Shown here piece by piece: positions 7,410 through 16,399 of a DNA stretch of 64,000 nucleotides (position 1 is the stretch's first letter; each line of letters starts with the position of its first letter). The translations under genes and the position numbers were made by a program. The notes below the pieces were generated by a model, which did not search any database, had not been told where the DNA came from, and worked only from the letters and a program-made list of their open reading frames with translations. Source of the stretch: Actinomycetes bacterium (GTDB taxonomy: Bacteria > Actinomycetota > CALGFH01); assembly GCA_036000965.1 (NCBI GenBank), contig DASYUT010000265.1:24555-88554 (forward strand), read 5' to 3'.

Positions 7410-10196
7410 GTGACCTGCGCGAACTGTGGAGAGGTCAACCCCGGTCAGGCGCGGTTCTGCCTCAACTGCGGTGCGCCGCTGGGTGCCGGCGGGCGGTGGC
7501 GCGGCGCCCGCAAGGTGGTGACCGTCGTCTTCAGCGACGTCACCGGCTCGACCGCGCTCGGCGAGCGGCTCGACACCGAGTCGCTCAGCCGGATCATGGC
7601 CCGCTACTTCGACGCGATGCGGACGCTGGTCGAGTGGCACCACGGCGTGGTGCAGAAGTTCGTCGGGGACGCGGTCGTCGCGGTGTTCGGCGTCCCGATC
7701 GTGCGCGAGGACGACGCACTACGGGCCGTCCGGGCCGCCGCAGCCATGCAGGACCACCTTGCGGAGCTGAATGCCGCCCTCGCCCGGGACTGGGGTGTCG
7801 GTCTGAGGATCCGCATCGGGGTCAGCACCGGGGAGGTGATGGTCGGCGACGCGCGCCTCGGCGGCGCGCTGGTGATCGGCGACACGGTCAACCTGGCCAC
7901 CCGGCTCGAGGCGGCGGCCAGGCCTGGGGAGATCCTGCTGGACCGGAGGACCTGGCACCTGGCCCGCGACGCAGTGGTGGTGGTCGAGGTGACGCCCGAG
8001 CAGCTCGCCGGCAGTGGCATCCCCGGCGCTGCCTACCGGCTCATCGACGTCTCGCCCGACGTCCCTGGCCACCTCCGCCGCCAGGACAGCCCGCTGGTCG
8101 GCCGTGACGACGAGCTCCGGCTCTTCGACTGGATCCGCCGACGGAGCACCAGGGAGTCCACCTGCCACCTGCTCACCGTGCTGGGCGCCGCCGGGGTGGG
8201 CAAGTCGCGCCTGGTCGCCGAGGCCGTCGGCGCTGCCGGCAGGCAGGCCACCGCCCTGGTCGGGCACTGCCCCCCCGACGCCGAGGGCAACACCTTCTGG
8301 CCGATCGCCGAGGTCGTCCGTGGGGCGGCCGAGGTCAAGAGCGCCGACTCGCCCGACGAGGCCCAGGGCAAGCTGACCGAGCTGCTCTCCGACGCCCCCG
8401 ACGGGCCACGGGTCGCGGGCCGCATCGGCCGGCTCATCGGCCTGGAGGCGACGCCGCTGCCGGCGGAGGAGACGGGCTGGGCCGTCCGGCGGTTCCTCGA
8501 GGTGCTGGCCAGCCGCAAGACCCTGGTGGCCCGCCTCGACCACCTCGACGGCTGGGAGCGGGCGGTGCTGGAGCGGGGCGCGGTCGTCGGCGAGGTGTTC
8601 GAGCGGGCGGCAGTGGTCGAGCTGTCACCGTCGGACGTCCGACCGGCCGTCCCGGACCACCTGCTCTCGCTCATCAGGAAGGAGCTGCTGCGCTCGGCCC
8701 GGTCCGGGCTGTCCGGCGGGGAGGCGTTCCGGTTCCGCCACCTGCTCGTCCGCGACGCCGCCTACGGCGCCATGCCCAAGCAGGCCAGGGCCGACCTGCA
8801 CGAGCGCTTCGCGGCCTGGCTGGAGCGAACCGTGGGCGAGCGGGTGCGCGAGTACGAGGAGATCATCGGCCACCACCTCGAGCAGGCCTACCGCTACCGC
8901 TCCGAGCTGGGACCGACCGACGCCGGGGCGCGAGCCGTCGCCGCCCGGGCCGCCGGGCAGCTGGCCGCAGCCGGGAACCACGCCTTCGCACGGGCGGACA
9001 TGCCGGCAGCGGCCAACCTTCTCGGCCGCGCCGCCGCGCTGCTCCCGGACACCGACGCGGGGCGCCTGGAGCTGCTTCCGAACCTCGCCCGGGCGCTCAC
9101 CGACAGCGGCAGGTTGTCCCTGGCGGAGGCGACGCTCACGCAGGCGACCGAGCTCGCCCGCGCCACCGGTGACCGCCGCGCCGAGGCCCACGCCGAGCTG
9201 GGGCGGTACTGGCTGCGGTACTACGCCGGGCGCGGAGGCTGGCTCGAGGACACCATGCGTGGCGCGGAGCAGCTCATCCCGGTCTTCGAGCGGCTCGGCG
9301 ACGACGCCGGCCTCGCCAAGACGTGGCGGCTGCTCTCCGAGGTGCACCTGACCCGCCTCCACATCGCCGCCAGCGAGGCGGCGGCGGCGCGCGCCGTCGA
9401 GCACGCCCGGCGGGCCGGAGACGAAAATGCGGAGGCGTCCGGCCTCGGCCACCTCGCCGTCGCCGGGGCATGGGGACGCAGGCCCGTGCCTGACGGCATC
9501 CGTCGCACCGAGGCCATCCTGGCAGAGGCCCGGGGCCGCCGGGACGTCGAGGCCGCCGCGTTGAAGGGGCTTGCCGGCCTGCGGGCGATGAGCGGCGACT
9601 TCGACGCGGCCAGGGAGCTCATGGCCCGCCACCGGGCGATCATCCAGGAGATCGGGCGCAAGCTGGTGCTCGGCGGGAGCGCGCAGATGGCCGCCTACGT
9701 GGAGATGCTGGCCGGCGACGCCCGCGGTGCCGAGCGGGAGCTGCGCCGTGGCTACGAGATCCTGGACTCGGCCAGCGACCGCGCCTACCTGCCGGCCGTG
9801 GCCGCCATGCTCGCCCACGCGCTCGAAGCCCAGGGCCGCTACCAGGAGGCCGAGCGGTATCTCGAGCGAGCCTGGGCCATGGCGGTCAGCAGGCGAACTG
9901 CCAGGCTGCCCACCGGTCGGCGAGCCGTGCGTAGACGGCCTCGTGCTGGCAGGCCGAGTCCTCCCAACGGAACCGGGTCGCCACCCGCCGCCCCGCCGCA
10001 CCGAGTCGCGCCCGCAGCTCGCTGTCGGTCGCCGTCGTGCGCATCGCGTCCGCCAGTGCGGCGACGTCGCCCGGGGCCACCAGGAGCGCGTCCCTCCCGC
10101 CGACCAGGTATTCGCGGAACACGGGAATGTCGGTGGCGATCACGGGGAGACGCGCGGCCATCGCTTCGAGCACCACCAGGCCCCAACCCTCCTTGA
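7410..10196 (+). CDS. Adenylate/guanylate cyclase (class III) with N-terminal zinc ribbon, central AAA/NB-ARC-like ATPase and C-terminal TPR region
   Basis: Zinc ribbon CANCGEVNPGQARFCLNCGAPL. Cyclase motifs VVTVVFSDVTGSTAL, FVGDAVVAVFG and IGDTVNLATRLE, then a P-loop GAAGVGKS and TPR-like repeats. GGAGGG lies 5 nt before the GTG at 7410. The last ~100 aa are low-complexity and overlap the convergent GT gene, so the true C-terminus is uncertain. Confidence 0.75.
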   Translation: MTCANCGEVNPGQARFCLNCGAPLGAGGRWRGARKVVTVVFSDVTGSTALGERLDTESLSRIMARYFDAMRTLVEWHHGVVQKFVGDAVVAVFGVPIVREDDALRAVRAAAAMQDHLAELNAALARDWGVGLRIRIGVSTGEVMVGDARLGGALVIGDTVNLATRLEAAARPGEILLDRRTWHLARDAVVVVEVTPEQLAGSGIPGAAYRLIDVSPDVPGHLRRQDSPLVGRDDELRLFDWIRRRSTRESTCHLLTVLGAAGVGKSRLVAEAVGAAGRQATALVGHCPPDAEGNTFWPIAEVVRGAAEVKSADSPDEAQGKLTELLSDAPDGPRVAGRIGRLIGLEATPLPAEETGWAVRRFLEVLASRKTLVARLDHLDGWERAVLERGAVVGEVFERAAVVELSPSDVRPAVPDHLLSLIRKELLRSARSGLSGGEAFRFRHLLVRDAAYGAMPKQARADLHERFAAWLERTVGERVREYEEIIGHHLEQAYRYRSELGPTDAGARAVAARAAGQLAAAGNHAFARADMPAAANLLGRAAALLPDTDAGRLELLPNLARALTDSGRLSLAEATLTQATELARATGDRRAEAHAELGRYWLRYYAGRGGWLEDTMRGAEQLIPVFERLGDDAGLAKTWRLLSEVHLTRLHIAASEAAAARAVEHARRAGDENAEASGLGHLAVAGAWGRRPVPDGIRRTEAILAEARGRRDVEAAALKGLAGLRAMSGDFDAARELMARHRAIIQEIGRKLVLGGSAQMAAYVEMLAGDARGAERELRRGYEILDSASDRAYLPAVAAMLAHALEAQGRYQEAERYLERAWAMAVSRRTARLPTGRRAVRRRPRAGRPSPPNGTGSPPAAPPHRVAPAARCRSPSCASRPPVRRRRPGPPGARPSRRPGIRGTRECRWRSRGDARPSLRAPPGPNPP

Positions 10197-11121
10197 GGGA
10201 GGGGAACACGAACGCGTCGGCTGCCTGGTACCAGCAGGGAAGCTCCTGGTCCGGGACCGTGCCGAGCAGGACGACGTCCCGGCCCAGCTCGAGTCCTGAC
10301 GCCCGAGCCCGGGTCAGGACGCGGTCGCGGTAGGCGGCGTAGTCCTGGAACGAGTGGCCGCCGACGACCGCGAGCACGGGCGAGGGCTGCAGGGTGCGCC
10401 GCAGCGCGGCCATTGCCTCGATGAGCTCGGCGGCGCCTTTGCGTGGCTCGATGCCGCCGACGGTGAGGAAGAGGAAGCGGCCCTCCGCGCCCACCCTGGC
10501 GCGGAACGGACCTGGGTCGAAGGCCGGCACCCGGGCGAAGCGCTCGGCGTCGACCCCGTTGCGCACGACCTCGGCCGCCACGCCGTACTCCTCCTCGAGC
10601 ACCCGCCGCCACCAGTGGCTCACCACGAGGACGTGGTCGGGCTCGAGGATGGCCCGGCGCTGGCACTCGACCAGCGCCTGCGTGGTGAAGTCGTCGACGT
10701 GGTGGACGGTCCGCACCACCAGCACCGGCGCGCCGAGGTCGCGGACGCGCGCGGCGGCCCGGGCCGAGATGCAGTCCTGGGCGTGGAGGATGCGGGAGGC
10801 GGGCTGCAGGGCGGCCAGCCCTTCGGCGAGGACGTCGACCGACCGGAACACCCGCTCCTCGAGGTCGGGTGCTGGCGGCGGCGTGGGGATGATGGTGTGC
10901 TGGACCGTCGTGGGCCGGAAGAAGCCGGCCTCCGGGTCGCCGAGCGCCACGACGCGCACGGGCATGCCGAGCCGGTGGAGCGCCTCGGCCAGCTGCAGCG
11001 TGTGCACCACACCGCCCCGGGGCCTGGTCGAGTACGTCACCAGGACGACGTCGGCGCTGACCGGGCGCTCCTCCTGCTCCCGACCGGGCCCCGGCCCGCC
11101 CGCCGACGTAACGGGGGCCAC
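9886..11121 (-). CDS. GT4 family glycosyltransferase (MshA/MSMEG_0565-like)
   Basis: The N-terminal domain (VVLVTYSTRPRGGVVHTLQLAEALHRLGMPVRVVAL) and the C-terminal EGWGLVVLEAMAARLPVIATD motif fit GT4. The stop TGA is at 9886. The start is ambiguous: GTG at 11121 or GTG at 11181 inside the tandem repeat. Confidence 0.7.
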   Translation of the reverse strand: MAPVTSAGGPGPGREQEERPVSADVVLVTYSTRPRGGVVHTLQLAEALHRLGMPVRVVALGDPEAGFFRPTTVQHTIIPTPPPAPDLEERVFRSVDVLAEGLAALQPASRILHAQDCISARAAARVRDLGAPVLVVRTVHHVDDFTTQALVECQRRAILEPDHVLVVSHWWRRVLEEEYGVAAEVVRNGVDAERFARVPAFDPGPFRARVGAEGRFLFLTVGGIEPRKGAAELIEAMAALRRTLQPSPVLAVVGGHSFQDYAAYRDRVLTRARASGLELGRDVVLLGTVPDQELPCWYQAADAFVFPSLKEGWGLVVLEAMAARLPVIATDIPVFREYLVGGRDALLVAPGDVAALADAMRTTATDSELRARLGAAGRRVATRFRWEDSACQHEAVYARLADRWAAWQFAC

Positions 11122-11127
11122 CCCCGC

Positions 11128-11274
11128 TGGCCTCACGGGAACCCGCCCGCCGGCGTCACGGGGCCCGCCCGCCGGCGTCACGGGACCCCGCCCGCCGGCG
11201 TCACGGGACCCCGCCCGCCGGCGTCACGGGGCCCCGCCCGCCGGCGTCACGGGGCCCCGCCCGCGGTCTCGGGG
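11128..11274. repeat. 22/23-bp tandem repeat x~6 (ccccgcccgccggcgtcacgggg)
   Basis: Units at 11142, 11164, 11186, 11209 and 11232, plus a partial copy at 11255. The unit is not a multiple of 3. The array spans the fdrA stop codon and the GT 5' region. Confidence 0.8.
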
Positions 11275-12809
11275 CGACGGGCGGCGACGGCGGCGGCCAC
11301 GACCGCGCCGCGGGCCGCCGTCGGCACCACGATGCAGCCGGCGTCCAGCAGCTTCCGGCACTGCTCCCAGCGGCCCTGCGGGTCGCGGTCGGTGCCGAGG
11401 ACGTAGGCGACCACCTGCGGCCCGCCGCGCTGGGCCATCACCTCGGCGCAGGCCGGGGCCAGCACGCCGGCCGGATCGGGATGGACGCCGTGACCGAGGA
11501 CCACGTCGACGAGCACCACTGCCGTGGACGGGTCGCGCCCCTCTCGGAGGATGGGCTCGGTGCGCGCGCCGGGGTCGAGCATCGGGTGTGGGCGGCCCCT
11601 GGTGAACTCCTCCTCGCCGACGTCGAGGCAGATGTGGCCGGCCGGCGGGGCCGGGAGGCCCCAGGCCGGCCGCAGCGGCGTGTTGGAGTGGACGGGCCCG
11701 AGCCGGGCCGACAGCACCACCATCGCCTCGTAGCAGAGGGTGCCGCCGGAGAACACGCCCCGCACCGCACGCCGGCCCGGCGCGAGCCGCGCGCAGGCAC
11801 GCCCGGCCGCCTCCGCGAGCCCGGCCCCGGGGTCGGGGCACGACCTGCCGAGCTTGGCGAGGACGTCGAGCACGCCCCGCTCGGCGGTGGCGGCCGCCGT
11901 CACCCCCCGCCGCTCCGGGATCGGCGCGTCGAGCCCGATCAGGACGGCCACCAGCGGCTTGGTGCCGGCCGTGTCGAGCACGGCCGCGGCCACGTCCTCG
12001 TCGGGCGGCTTGGACACCAGCAGGATCGCCTCGGTGGCCTCGTCGCGCTCGAGGGCCTCGATGGCGAGGCGGGCCATGCGCCCACCGACCTGGCGGGAGA
12101 GGTCGCGGCCGCCGACGCCGATCACGTGGGAGACGCCTGCGCCCCACCGGTCGAGCAGGCTCATGACCTCCTGGGCTCCCGTGCCCGCGGCAGCCACGAT
12201 CCCCACCGGGCCCCGGGCGACCGCGTTGGCAAACCCCAGCCCGATCCCGCCCAGCATGGCCGTGCCAGCGCCCGGGCCCATCACCAGGCGCCCGGCCGCC
12301 TGGGCCCGGGCCTTGAGCGCCGCCTCCTGCTCCACCGGCACGTTGTCGCTGAACAGCAGGACGTGCAGCCCGGCCGACAGCGCCTTGTGAGCCTCGAGCA
12401 CCGCGTAGGGGCCGGGCACGGAGACGACCGCCGTGTTGGCCCCCGGGAGCAGGGCGAGCCCCTCGTCGAGCGTCCTCGGCCGCGGCTCGCGTCCCGCCTG
12501 GCACCCGCGTCCCGCCTGGGGCTCGCGCCCGGGCTCGCCGAGGAGCGCCCGCTCGGCGGTTGCCAGCGCCGCCCCGGCGGCCTCGGCGGAGGCCGCCCGC
12601 ACAGCTAGCACGAGGTCGTTGGCACCGACCGTGGGCAGCTCCCCGGACCCGAAGCCCTCCGACTCGAGCATCTGGAGATTCGCCGGGGTGCCCATCAGCG
12701 CCCCCGCCCACGCCACCCCCGGCGTCTCGAGCATCGCCCGGGAGCCGGCCATCAGCCGGACCGAGTCGAGGTAGGTGGCCGGGTGGACACGGGTGCGCGC
12801 GACCGTCAC
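11247..12809 (-). CDS. fdrA: FdrA family protein (acyl-CoA-synthetase NDP-forming-like; oxamate carbamoyltransferase subunit AllF-like)
   Basis: Collinear similarity to E. coli FdrA throughout: an N-terminus ending YLDSVRLMAGS, then LVMGPGAGTAM, GVSHVIGVGGRDLS, LVSKPP and GRPHPMLDP. The GTG start at 12809 overlaps the upstream ORF's TGA (GTGA). Confidence 0.8.
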   Translation of the reverse strand: MTVARTRVHPATYLDSVRLMAGSRAMLETPGVAWAGALMGTPANLQMLESEGFGSGELPTVGANDLVLAVRAASAEAAGAALATAERALLGEPGREPQAGRGCQAGREPRPRTLDEGLALLPGANTAVVSVPGPYAVLEAHKALSAGLHVLLFSDNVPVEQEAALKARAQAAGRLVMGPGAGTAMLGGIGLGFANAVARGPVGIVAAAGTGAQEVMSLLDRWGAGVSHVIGVGGRDLSRQVGGRMARLAIEALERDEATEAILLVSKPPDEDVAAAVLDTAGTKPLVAVLIGLDAPIPERRGVTAAATAERGVLDVLAKLGRSCPDPGAGLAEAAGRACARLAPGRRAVRGVFSGGTLCYEAMVVLSARLGPVHSNTPLRPAWGLPAPPAGHICLDVGEEEFTRGRPHPMLDPGARTEPILREGRDPSTAVVLVDVVLGHGVHPDPAGVLAPACAEVMAQRGGPQVVAYVLGTDRDPQGRWEQCRKLLDAGCIVVPTAARGAVVAAAVAARRPETAGGAP

Positions 12810-12946
12810 GCGAACTGCCCGTCCCGCAGGTGGCCCTCGGCCTCGTCCGCGGTCATCGCGTTGGCCTGCTGCTCCTCGAACGTGCCAGCTTGATCGGCGC
12901 GGGTCAGGGCGTTGCCGCCCAAGGCCAGGACGACGGTCTGCTTCAT
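12806..12946 (-). CDS. 46-aa ORF resembling the N-terminus of carbamate kinase / amino-acid-kinase family; translationally coupled to fdrA (possible gene remnant)
   Basis: MKQTVVLALGGNALTRADQAGTFEEQQANAMTADEAEGHLRDGQFA* shows the AAK-family N-terminal motif (VV-ALGGNAL). GAGGA lies 10 nt upstream of the ATG at 12946. The stop overlaps the fdrA GTG. Confidence 0.35.
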   Translation of the reverse strand: MKQTVVLALGGNALTRADQAGTFEEQQANAMTADEAEGHLRDGQFA

Positions 12947-13094
12947 GCTGGGCACGTCCTCGTTCCCGCATGGAGGCGCGCACGGTCCGTGGCGACCAGG
13001 CCCGGCCTCTTGATCGACGATAGCGAACGCAGCGTTTAGGATAGTTCACGCAAGGAAGCTGGCACAACGGTTCCACGCCGCTGCTGGAGGCGCG

Positions 13095-13763
13095 ATGATC
13101 CCTGCCATGCCTCCCGACCCTGCGAGCCCCCAGGGCGAGGTCCCGGACGAGGTCGTGCGCCGCTGGCGTGCTGCCGAGGAGCAGCTCTACCCGGTCGTCA
13201 TGACCCGGCCCGACCTCTACGAGCGCAGCATCCAGCTCGTGCGGGCCGTGGCCGACGAGCTGCGGCCGCTCACCACCCCGGCGGCGCTGCTGGCGGCGTA
13301 CGCGGGCGCCGCCGAGCTCGTGGCCGTCGTGATCCAGCGACAGGACCTGGCCGTCGAGGGCCTGGACTTCGGGCTCGCGACCGACGCCGCGTTCAGCCTG
13401 CGCTACCGCGAGGTCCTTGGCGAGGTCGCCCGGGAGCAGGCCATGGAGCGGGTCCGGGCGGCCAGGGAGCGGGGCGACGAGTGGGTGCTCCTGCACGAGA
13501 GCGGCACGCTCGCCCACGCACCGGCGGTGCCCTACCGCCGACTCGAGATGCGCCTCCGGGACGGCGCCGGCCTGCACATGTTCGTCCAGCAGGACCCGGC
13601 CACGGCCGGGCCGCTGTACGGGGTCGAGGCGGTGCAGCTCGACCCCCACACCGGCGACTGGCTGACCGACGCGGCCCCCTGGGCGCGGTCCGAGACGTTC
13701 GGCCAGCCGGAGCCCTGGCGGCGGCTGGCCGAGGAGCTGCGCGGGCGCCGGCAGAACCCTTGA
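13095..13763 (+). CDS. Hypothetical protein
   Basis: Clean 222-aa ORF with GGAGG 5 nt before the ATG. The composition is not an antisense artefact. It is the first gene of the plus-strand cassette ahead of the amidohydrolase, rSAM-like and GNAT genes. Confidence 0.5.
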   Translation: MIPAMPPDPASPQGEVPDEVVRRWRAAEEQLYPVVMTRPDLYERSIQLVRAVADELRPLTTPAALLAAYAGAAELVAVVIQRQDLAVEGLDFGLATDAAFSLRYREVLGEVAREQAMERVRAARERGDEWVLLHESGTLAHAPAVPYRRLEMRLRDGAGLHMFVQQDPATAGPLYGVEAVQLDPHTGDWLTDAAPWARSETFGQPEPWRRLAEELRGRRQNP

Positions 13764-13860
13764 CACCCTCCGCACCAAGCCCCCGACACCCTCCGCACCA
13801 ACCCTTGACACACCTTCCGCACCGTGGAAGATTTCCTTTAGTAGATGCCACTCTTCCAAA
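13759..13860 (+). promoter_or_regulatory. Three ~22-bp direct repeats each carrying TTGACA/CCGACA, followed by an AT-richer stretch; candidate promoter for the amidohydrolase/rSAM/GNAT genes
   Basis: ccTTGACAccctccgcaccaagccc, ccgacaccctccgcaccaaccc and TTGACAcaccttccgcaccgtgg, then gaagatttcctttagtagatg. Confidence 0.4.
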
Positions 13861-13898
13861 AGTGATCGGCCCGGGCCGGTCAAGTGAGAGGTGGGCAC

Positions 13899-14759
13899 AT
13901 GGCCAGCGAGCGAGTCCCCCGGCGAGTGATCGACGGCCATAGCCACATCGGAGAGATGGCGGCGTGGCGCTTCTACGACCTGAAGGAGCCGGTCAAGCCC
14001 ACGGTCTACGAGTTCGCCACCACCGGGGACTACATGGCCCACCTGGACCGTCTCGGCGTCGAGCGGGCACTGGTGATCTCCAACTACGGGATCCCCCAGC
14101 AGGAGCAGCCGTTCTCCCTGAACCCGCTCGTGCTCGACTCGGTGCAGGCCTCTGACCGGCTCTGCGGTGCGCTCTGGGTCTCGTTCCTGCCGCAGAACAG
14201 GGAGCGGACCCTCGAGGCGCTGAAGCACGCCGGCGAGGCGCGCGTCGTCGCCCTCAAGACGACCTTCCTGCTCGGCGGCAACCCGAACCCGGAGACCTGG
14301 GACGAGGAGACGGCCGCGCTGGCCGAGGCCTGCTTCGCCGCCGCCGAAGAGCACGACCTGGTGTTCCACTTCCACACCAGCCCCGGCGGCGCCTCGGACA
14401 TCAGCAACTTCATCCCGCTGGTCGAGCGGTACGGCAGGCGGGTGAAGCTCTACCTCGTCCACTTCGGCGGCGGCGTCAGCGGGCACATCCGGCTGGTGCC
14501 GCGGTTCCTGGACTGGGTCGAGGAGGGGTACAAGGTCTACACCGACACCACGTGGTGCATCGGCTTCGGCCCCCGCTGGCTGCTCAGCGAGATCGAGCGC
14601 CGCGACGTCGGGCACGACCGGGTGATCTTCGCCTCCGACGAGCCGTGGAGCGACTTCTGGGGCGAGTACTGGAAGATCGCCGGCGCCCGCGCCAGCTCGG
14701 AGCTGAAGGAGCGGGTCTTCCACCAGAACTTCGAGGACCTGTATGGGCACCGGTGGTGA
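13899..14759 (+). CDS. Amidohydrolase family 2 (TIM-barrel metal-dependent hydrolase)
   Basis: VIDGHSHIG at the N-terminus, an HFH motif and a C-terminal acidic residue pattern. GAGAGGTGGG precedes the ATG at 13899. Confidence 0.75.
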   Translation: MASERVPRRVIDGHSHIGEMAAWRFYDLKEPVKPTVYEFATTGDYMAHLDRLGVERALVISNYGIPQQEQPFSLNPLVLDSVQASDRLCGALWVSFLPQNRERTLEALKHAGEARVVALKTTFLLGGNPNPETWDEETAALAEACFAAAEEHDLVFHFHTSPGGASDISNFIPLVERYGRRVKLYLVHFGGGVSGHIRLVPRFLDWVEEGYKVYTDTTWCIGFGPRWLLSEIERRDVGHDRVIFASDEPWSDFWGEYWKIAGARASSELKERVFHQNFEDLYGHRW

Positions 14760-15918
14760 CGCCCGGCCGGACCGCCTGGAGCGCGCGAGGCCCGTGGTGA
14801 CGCCGGAGCTCGGCCGCGTGATCACCGAGCTGCAGAGCGAGGGCTTGCGGATCGAGCAGCCGGTGGAGGCCCGGCGGGGCGGCGCCGGGCCCTCCGACGC
14901 CGGGATGATCTGGGTCGAGGGCATCCCGGTGACCGTCCCCGTGAGTGCCGACTACGTCGCCGGCTCCCCGTTCGTGCTGCGCCGGGAGGACCAGGGCTGG
15001 GGGATCTACCGCCGCGGGCAGCGGGTCGCCTCCGCCGACCCGCTCGAGCGGCCCCGCTTCTACGACCTCAGCACCGCCGACGGCATCCCGTACTGGAAGA
15101 TCGCACTGCTCCACCTCGACTCGCTGGCCAGCACCGTGCTGCAGACCTGCGCCTACTGGGGCACCGACGACCAGTGCCACTTCTGCGGCATCGAGCTGTC
15201 GCTCGAGGCCGGTCGGACGATCGCGGTGAAGCGCCCGGAGCAGCTCGCCGAGGTCGCCGTGGCCGCCAAGGCGCTCGACGGCGTGGTCGACGTGACCCTC
15301 ACGACCGGCAGCACCCACGGCCCCGACCGGGGCGCGCGGTACCTGGGCCGCTGTGCTCACGCGGTCAAGCAGGCGAGCGGGCTGCCCGTCGAGGGGCAGT
15401 TCGAGCCGCCCGCCGACCTCGGCGTCCTGGACGAGGTCCACGAAGCGGGCCTGGACTCGGTCGGCATGCACGTGGAGTCGTTCGACCCGCAGGTGCTGGC
15501 CCGGATCGCGCCGGCCAAGGCCCGCACCGGCATCGACGGGTACTTCCGGGCCTGGGAGCGGGCGGTCGAGGTGTTCGGCGCAGGCCAGGTCTCGACCTAC
15601 GTGATCCTCGGCATGGGCGAGGACCCCGGGGTGACCGTCGAGGGCTGCCGGCGGGCCATCGACATGGGCGTCTACCCGTTCGTCGTGCCGCTCCGGCCCG
15701 TGCCAGGCAGCCTCATGGAGCACTGCCGGCCCCCCACCGCCGACGACATGGACGCCGTGTACCGCCAGGTGGCCCCCTACCTGGTGGCCCGGGGGGTGGC
15801 GTCGTGGGACGTCCGCGCCGGCTGCGCCCGTTGCCAGGCGTGCTCGGCCATCTCCATCCTGGAGCGGGACCTTGCCAGCGACCAGCGCACCCATCTCCCC
15901 ATTCTCGACGTGCGCTGA
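14743..15918 (+). CDS. Putative radical-SAM-like protein with a non-canonical CX9CX2C cysteine motif (resembles the Nit1C/MSMEG_0568-cluster radical SAM)
   Basis: The cluster CAYWGTDDQCHFCG sits in a region consistent with a SAM-radical core. The ATG overlaps the amidohydrolase stop, with GAGGA 6 nt upstream. Confidence 0.5.
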   Translation: MGTGGDARPDRLERARPVVTPELGRVITELQSEGLRIEQPVEARRGGAGPSDAGMIWVEGIPVTVPVSADYVAGSPFVLRREDQGWGIYRRGQRVASADPLERPRFYDLSTADGIPYWKIALLHLDSLASTVLQTCAYWGTDDQCHFCGIELSLEAGRTIAVKRPEQLAEVAVAAKALDGVVDVTLTTGSTHGPDRGARYLGRCAHAVKQASGLPVEGQFEPPADLGVLDEVHEAGLDSVGMHVESFDPQVLARIAPAKARTGIDGYFRAWERAVEVFGAGQVSTYVILGMGEDPGVTVEGCRRAIDMGVYPFVVPLRPVPGSLMEHCRPPTADDMDAVYRQVAPYLVARGVASWDVRAGCARCQACSAISILERDLASDQRTHLPILDVR

Positions 15919-16399
15919 CCTCGAGGCGGCCGTCGGCGCGGACGCGACGGTCGGCTGCCGCCTGGTCGCCACGACCGCCGAGCGCGAGCTGCACCTGCGC
16001 ATCCGGGCGGAGGTCTTCGTCAACGAGCAAGGCCTGTTCGCCGTGACCGACCGGGACGCCCACGACGACGACCCGGGCACGCTGCACGTACTCGGGCTGT
16101 GCGGCCCCGTGGCCGCCGGCGCCGTGCGCCTGTACCCGCTGGACGAGCCGGGGCGCTGGAAGGGCGACCGCCTGGCCGTGCTGCCCGCGCTCCGCAAGCA
16201 CGGCCTCGGGGCGCCGCTGGTGCGGTTCGCGGTGCGCACGGCCGGCGAGCGGGGTGGCCGGGAGATGCTCGCCCACGTGCAGCTCCGCAACGTCGCCTTC
16301 TTCGAGCAGCTCGGCTGGCACCGGCTCGGCGAGCCGGCCGACTACTGCGGCCGGCCGCACCAGCGCATGCGCATCGGCCTGCGACCGCCCCGCACCTGA
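15872..16399 (+). CDS. GNAT family N-acetyltransferase
   Basis: The acetyl-CoA-binding region VRLYPLDEPGRWKGDRLAVLPALRKHGLGAPLV...NVAFFEQLGW fits GNAT. The probable TTG start at 15872 has GGAG upstream. Confidence 0.6.
   Translation: MPATSAPISPFSTCADLEAAVGADATVGCRLVATTAERELHLRIRAEVFVNEQGLFAVTDRDAHDDDPGTLHVLGLCGPVAAGAVRLYPLDEPGRWKGDRLAVLPALRKHGLGAPLVRFAVRTAGERGGREMLAHVQLRNVAFFEQLGWHRLGEPADYCGRPHQRMRIGLRPPRT

Noticed and set aside
8625-10001. 458-aa minus-strand ORF
   Set aside because: Antisense of the adenylate cyclase, with low-complexity composition.
11247-14924. 1225-aa minus-strand ORF
   Set aside because: Only the 3' portion (11247-12809) is the real FdrA homologue, with its GTG start and GTGA coupling. 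The rest is read-through antisense of the plus-strand genes.
14584-16290. 568-aa minus-strand ORF
   Set aside because: Low-complexity antisense of the radical-SAM-like and GNAT genes.
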